Shown here piece by piece: positions 60,881 to 64,000 of a stretch of 64,000 bases of DNA. The stretch is from the human T2T-CHM13v2.0 reference genome, Homo sapiens, in assembly GCF_009914755.1 (NCBI RefSeq), contig NC_060934.1; one strand, given 5' to 3'. Position 1 is the first letter of the stretch. The number at the start of each line of letters is the position of its first letter. The notes beneath the pieces are model-generated. The model searched no databases and was not told the origin of the DNA. It saw only the letters and a list, made by a program, of their open reading frames with translations. A program made the position numbers and the translations under genes.

Positions 60881-62318
60881 AAAGAACTAGAAAAAAATCA
60901 CTCCCTGCAGTTTGGATCAGAAAGAGGCCAGCATCCCCTCTCAAAGATCCACCCTTCCTCTGTGGATGATCGAATGTCAGAGTGGCCCCAGACATGGACT
61001 TGCCTTTACCTCATGGTGAATCACTGGCCAAGGAGGACATCTGTTGCTTTTGCTGCCCTGAATCCAGTCCACAGCTTTTCTTTGTGAAAATGACCCCTTC
61101 CCAACCCTCATCCCATGGTCTTTTTATGTAGCAGGGCCCTGGGAACCCAGGATGGGGTGTGACAATCAGCCAAGTAGACCAAATTCTGATACTCTGAGCT
61201 ACTGGGGAAGGGGGACCTCTCTTCCCATAGAACCAGATCTGTATGTATGAAGGTCTGGAGCTCTGTGGACATTGTGTTACCATAAAGAGAAGACCCTGCC
61301 TAAGAATGGACATGGCAGCAGTGCCGGGACTGTAGTGAGGCCAGTGAGGGACCTGGGATGCAAAAATTTAAGGCACTATCACTCAGGATTGTGTGAGTGC
61401 AGGATTAGTGGGGCGGGCCCTGGACTGAGATGGAGAATTAAAACAGTTCCTGATGACGTTGCCAAGCCCCTGGATCCAGCTGTGCCTGAAACCTGTTAAC
61501 CCCTGAGTTATTGGGTGTGTGAGCCTGTATATTTTTACTACGTGTTACTAGCGCTGGGAGGAGGCTCTGAACCTCTCCCCAGACTCTTTGCCTGGTAATC
61601 TTAGTCTGGGTTCCCCAGTGTCAGAGCACCCATCTCCAAGATCTCTATATTGTTCTCCCAAGGGGCCTACTGCATCCTAGTGCAAACAGAAATTCTGCTT
61701 GCCTTTGAAATCCGTAAATCCCCAAGGTGGAACTGTCCTGCAAGCTGCACTTATCCTGGGACCCTCACCCACCAGCAGCAGGCAGCAGAAAGAGCCAGGA
61801 GATCCCTGAGAGGCAGCATCAGGCCAAGGAGTGCGTGTTAGTTTCAGAGGCACCTGTAGCAGAGAGTGATGACAGGTGATTGTTAGAAAGACATGCCTGA
61901 TGATCTCATGTCCTGGAAGGCAGAGCTTTCATGATTATAAAATGAAATTAAGGTTTCAGAAAGCTGATGAGGCTCTTAGGCACACAACCTCATAAATACT
62001 CATGGGCTTTTAAGGCAAGAACTGAGAAGACAGAGCTGGGTACTCTCTCCACCTGCCTGCACTGCCTTTCTGTGCTGTGACCCTCTGAGCCTCAGGGCTA
62101 CTATCTGTTCCCAGAGCATGCCAAGACTTGGGTGGCCTTTGAGGAGAGCATTTTCCATATTTTGTTCACTACCTCCCAACTCCTCCTCTCCTGCAGAGAG
62201 GCTTACTTTTATGCTCACAGCCAATATACTTCAAATAAAAGGTTCTGTTCTGTTAAACAAGCAAGAACTTTCATAAACCATCCTGTACCGTAGAATTACA
62301 GAGAACACCAGGATTTAC

Positions 62319-63030
62319 TGTGGTAGACGCAATGATGACTCCCAAAGATGTCCATGTCCTGATCTCCGAACCTGTGCATCTGTCACCTGACATAGCAAAA
62401 GGAACTTTGTAGATGCATCTGGTGACAAGTAGAGGTCACAATGATGTGAGGAAAGAGCCTGTATTTGTTTGTTCTCACACTGCTATAAAGACATAGCTGA
62501 AACTGGGTAATTTATAAAGGAAAGAGATTTAATTGACTCACAGTTCAGCATGGCTGGGGAGGCCTCAGGAACTTAACAATCATGGCAGAAGGGGATGCGA
62601 ACACATCCTTCTTCACATGGTGGCAGGAAGGAGAAGTGCCAAGCCAAAGGGGAAATAGCCCCTTTTAAAACCATCAGATCTTGTGAGAACTCATTCACCA
62701 TCATGAGAACAACATGAGGGTAACCATCCCCATGATTCAATTATCTCCCACTGGGTCCCTCCCAGGACACGTGGGCATTATGGGAACTACAATTCAAGAT
62801 GAGATCTGGGTGGGGACACAGTCAAATTATATCAGAGCCCACAAGCCAAGGAGTGTGAGTGGCTTCTGGAAGCTGGAAGAGGCAAGGCAGTGGTTCCCAC
62901 CCAGAATCCCTGGGCCCTGCCGCCAGCTTGATTTAAGGACTTCTGATCTCAAGAGCTGTAAAAGGAGGAATCTGTGTTGCCTCAAGCCACTGAGTATGTG
63001 AAAATGTGTTACAGCAGCCATGGGAAGCCG
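62319..63030 (+). mobile_element. MLT1D-like LTR interrupted by THE1
   Basis: TGTGGTAG...CCCAAAGATGTCCATGTCCTGATC start. GAAGCTGGAAGAGGCAAGG...AAGCCACTGAGT...GTTACAGCAGC end. Confidence 0.8.
62460..62834 (-). mobile_element. THE1C-like MaLR solo LTR
   Basis: TGTATT...CACACTGCTATAAAGACATA...GGGGACACAGTCAAATTATATCA. TSD GAGCC. Confidence 0.9.
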
Positions 63031-64000
63031 GCCCATTTGCTCACGCTGGTGAATAATGAATCAGCAGCGTGCTTGGTAAATGTACCCATGGGCACTAAGG
63101 GACCATGAGGAATGCCCCTGGCCACAGATCTGACCTCTGGAGGCTGCTGTGGATGACCTACAGAAGGGGCTGTGGGGTTGGAGGGAGGAAGGCTCAAGAC
63201 CTGGCTCCTCCTCACTCAGCATCTGGCTTCGAGGCATCCACATTGGCTGCGTCTCCATCTCTGGTCTCTGATGCTCAAGGAGGTGTTATCCGTTTGGATG
63301 TTATACTTGCAATCTAAGAGCTCTCTGGGGCAGATGAAAAAGTCAGATGCAGAATCTTGACATGCAGTTGAAGCACAGAGAGGGGATCCTAGCCTTTCTG
63401 TTATAAAATTCCATGGGGCTGCCTTTTGCTCATCCCACGTGCACTGACTTAATGGGTTTACCTCTGTGCGCTCAAACCTCCCTGAGGAGAAGGGCTCCTC
63501 TGCAGACACACTTTCCCATCTGCTGTATGTGGGAATCACAATACACAGAGTTTGTGCAATCTATTTATGCAAAACACTGAGTTTATTGCTCACCAAGATT
63601 GAAATCTTCAGTGAATGCTGGCTTTGTTGGTCTGCTGAGCACCACATTGGGAGCGTGTGTAGTTAATGATACAGTATACACTAGATAGCTTGGGTCTTAT
63701 AATAATTTTTTTATGGTCAATCTAAACCTAATATCCCTTTTTTCGTAGTATTTTCTGCTATCCTAAATCTTCCATCTGAAAAGCAATAATAGGAAGGCCA
63801 TCAGCAGAGCTTATGGGAACACCATCATGCTTAAAGCAACCCTGATTAGTGGATGATGGCACTACCGCCTCATCCAGAATAAGGTGGCATTGGAATGGTG
63901 CTGGTCAGCAGCCCCAGTTGGCCACCATCTCTGTACGATGGGTGATTAGCCTCCCTACAAGGCCAGTGGCTCTGACAGTCCACCCAGACTTGTCCCACAT

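Overview
Human (an AluYb8 is present) non-coding, repeat-dense genomic DNA with no intact cellular protein-coding gene that I can support. The main structure is a decayed, intron-containing KRAB-C2H2 zinc-finger pseudogene on the minus strand. It has a 127-bp KRAB-A exon, a 93-bp KRAB-B exon, about 18 degenerate fingers and intact GT-AG splice sites. Its probable start-codon exon is split by a 7-kb HERV-K(HML-3)/MER9 provirus with a 5-bp TSD. Just upstream lies a 1.45-kb GC-rich 38/67-bp minisatellite with a higher-order structure. The right half is a nested retroelement stack (old L1M > L1PA15/16-like > L1PA3-like with intact ORF1 > AluYb8), plus a solo LTR13 and several MaLR LTRs. Most ORFs in the track are spurious. 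Subfamily names come from recalled diagnostic sequence, not a database search. I see no clearly new biological system; the best leads are the provirus-interrupted KRAB-ZNF and the higher-order minisatellite.
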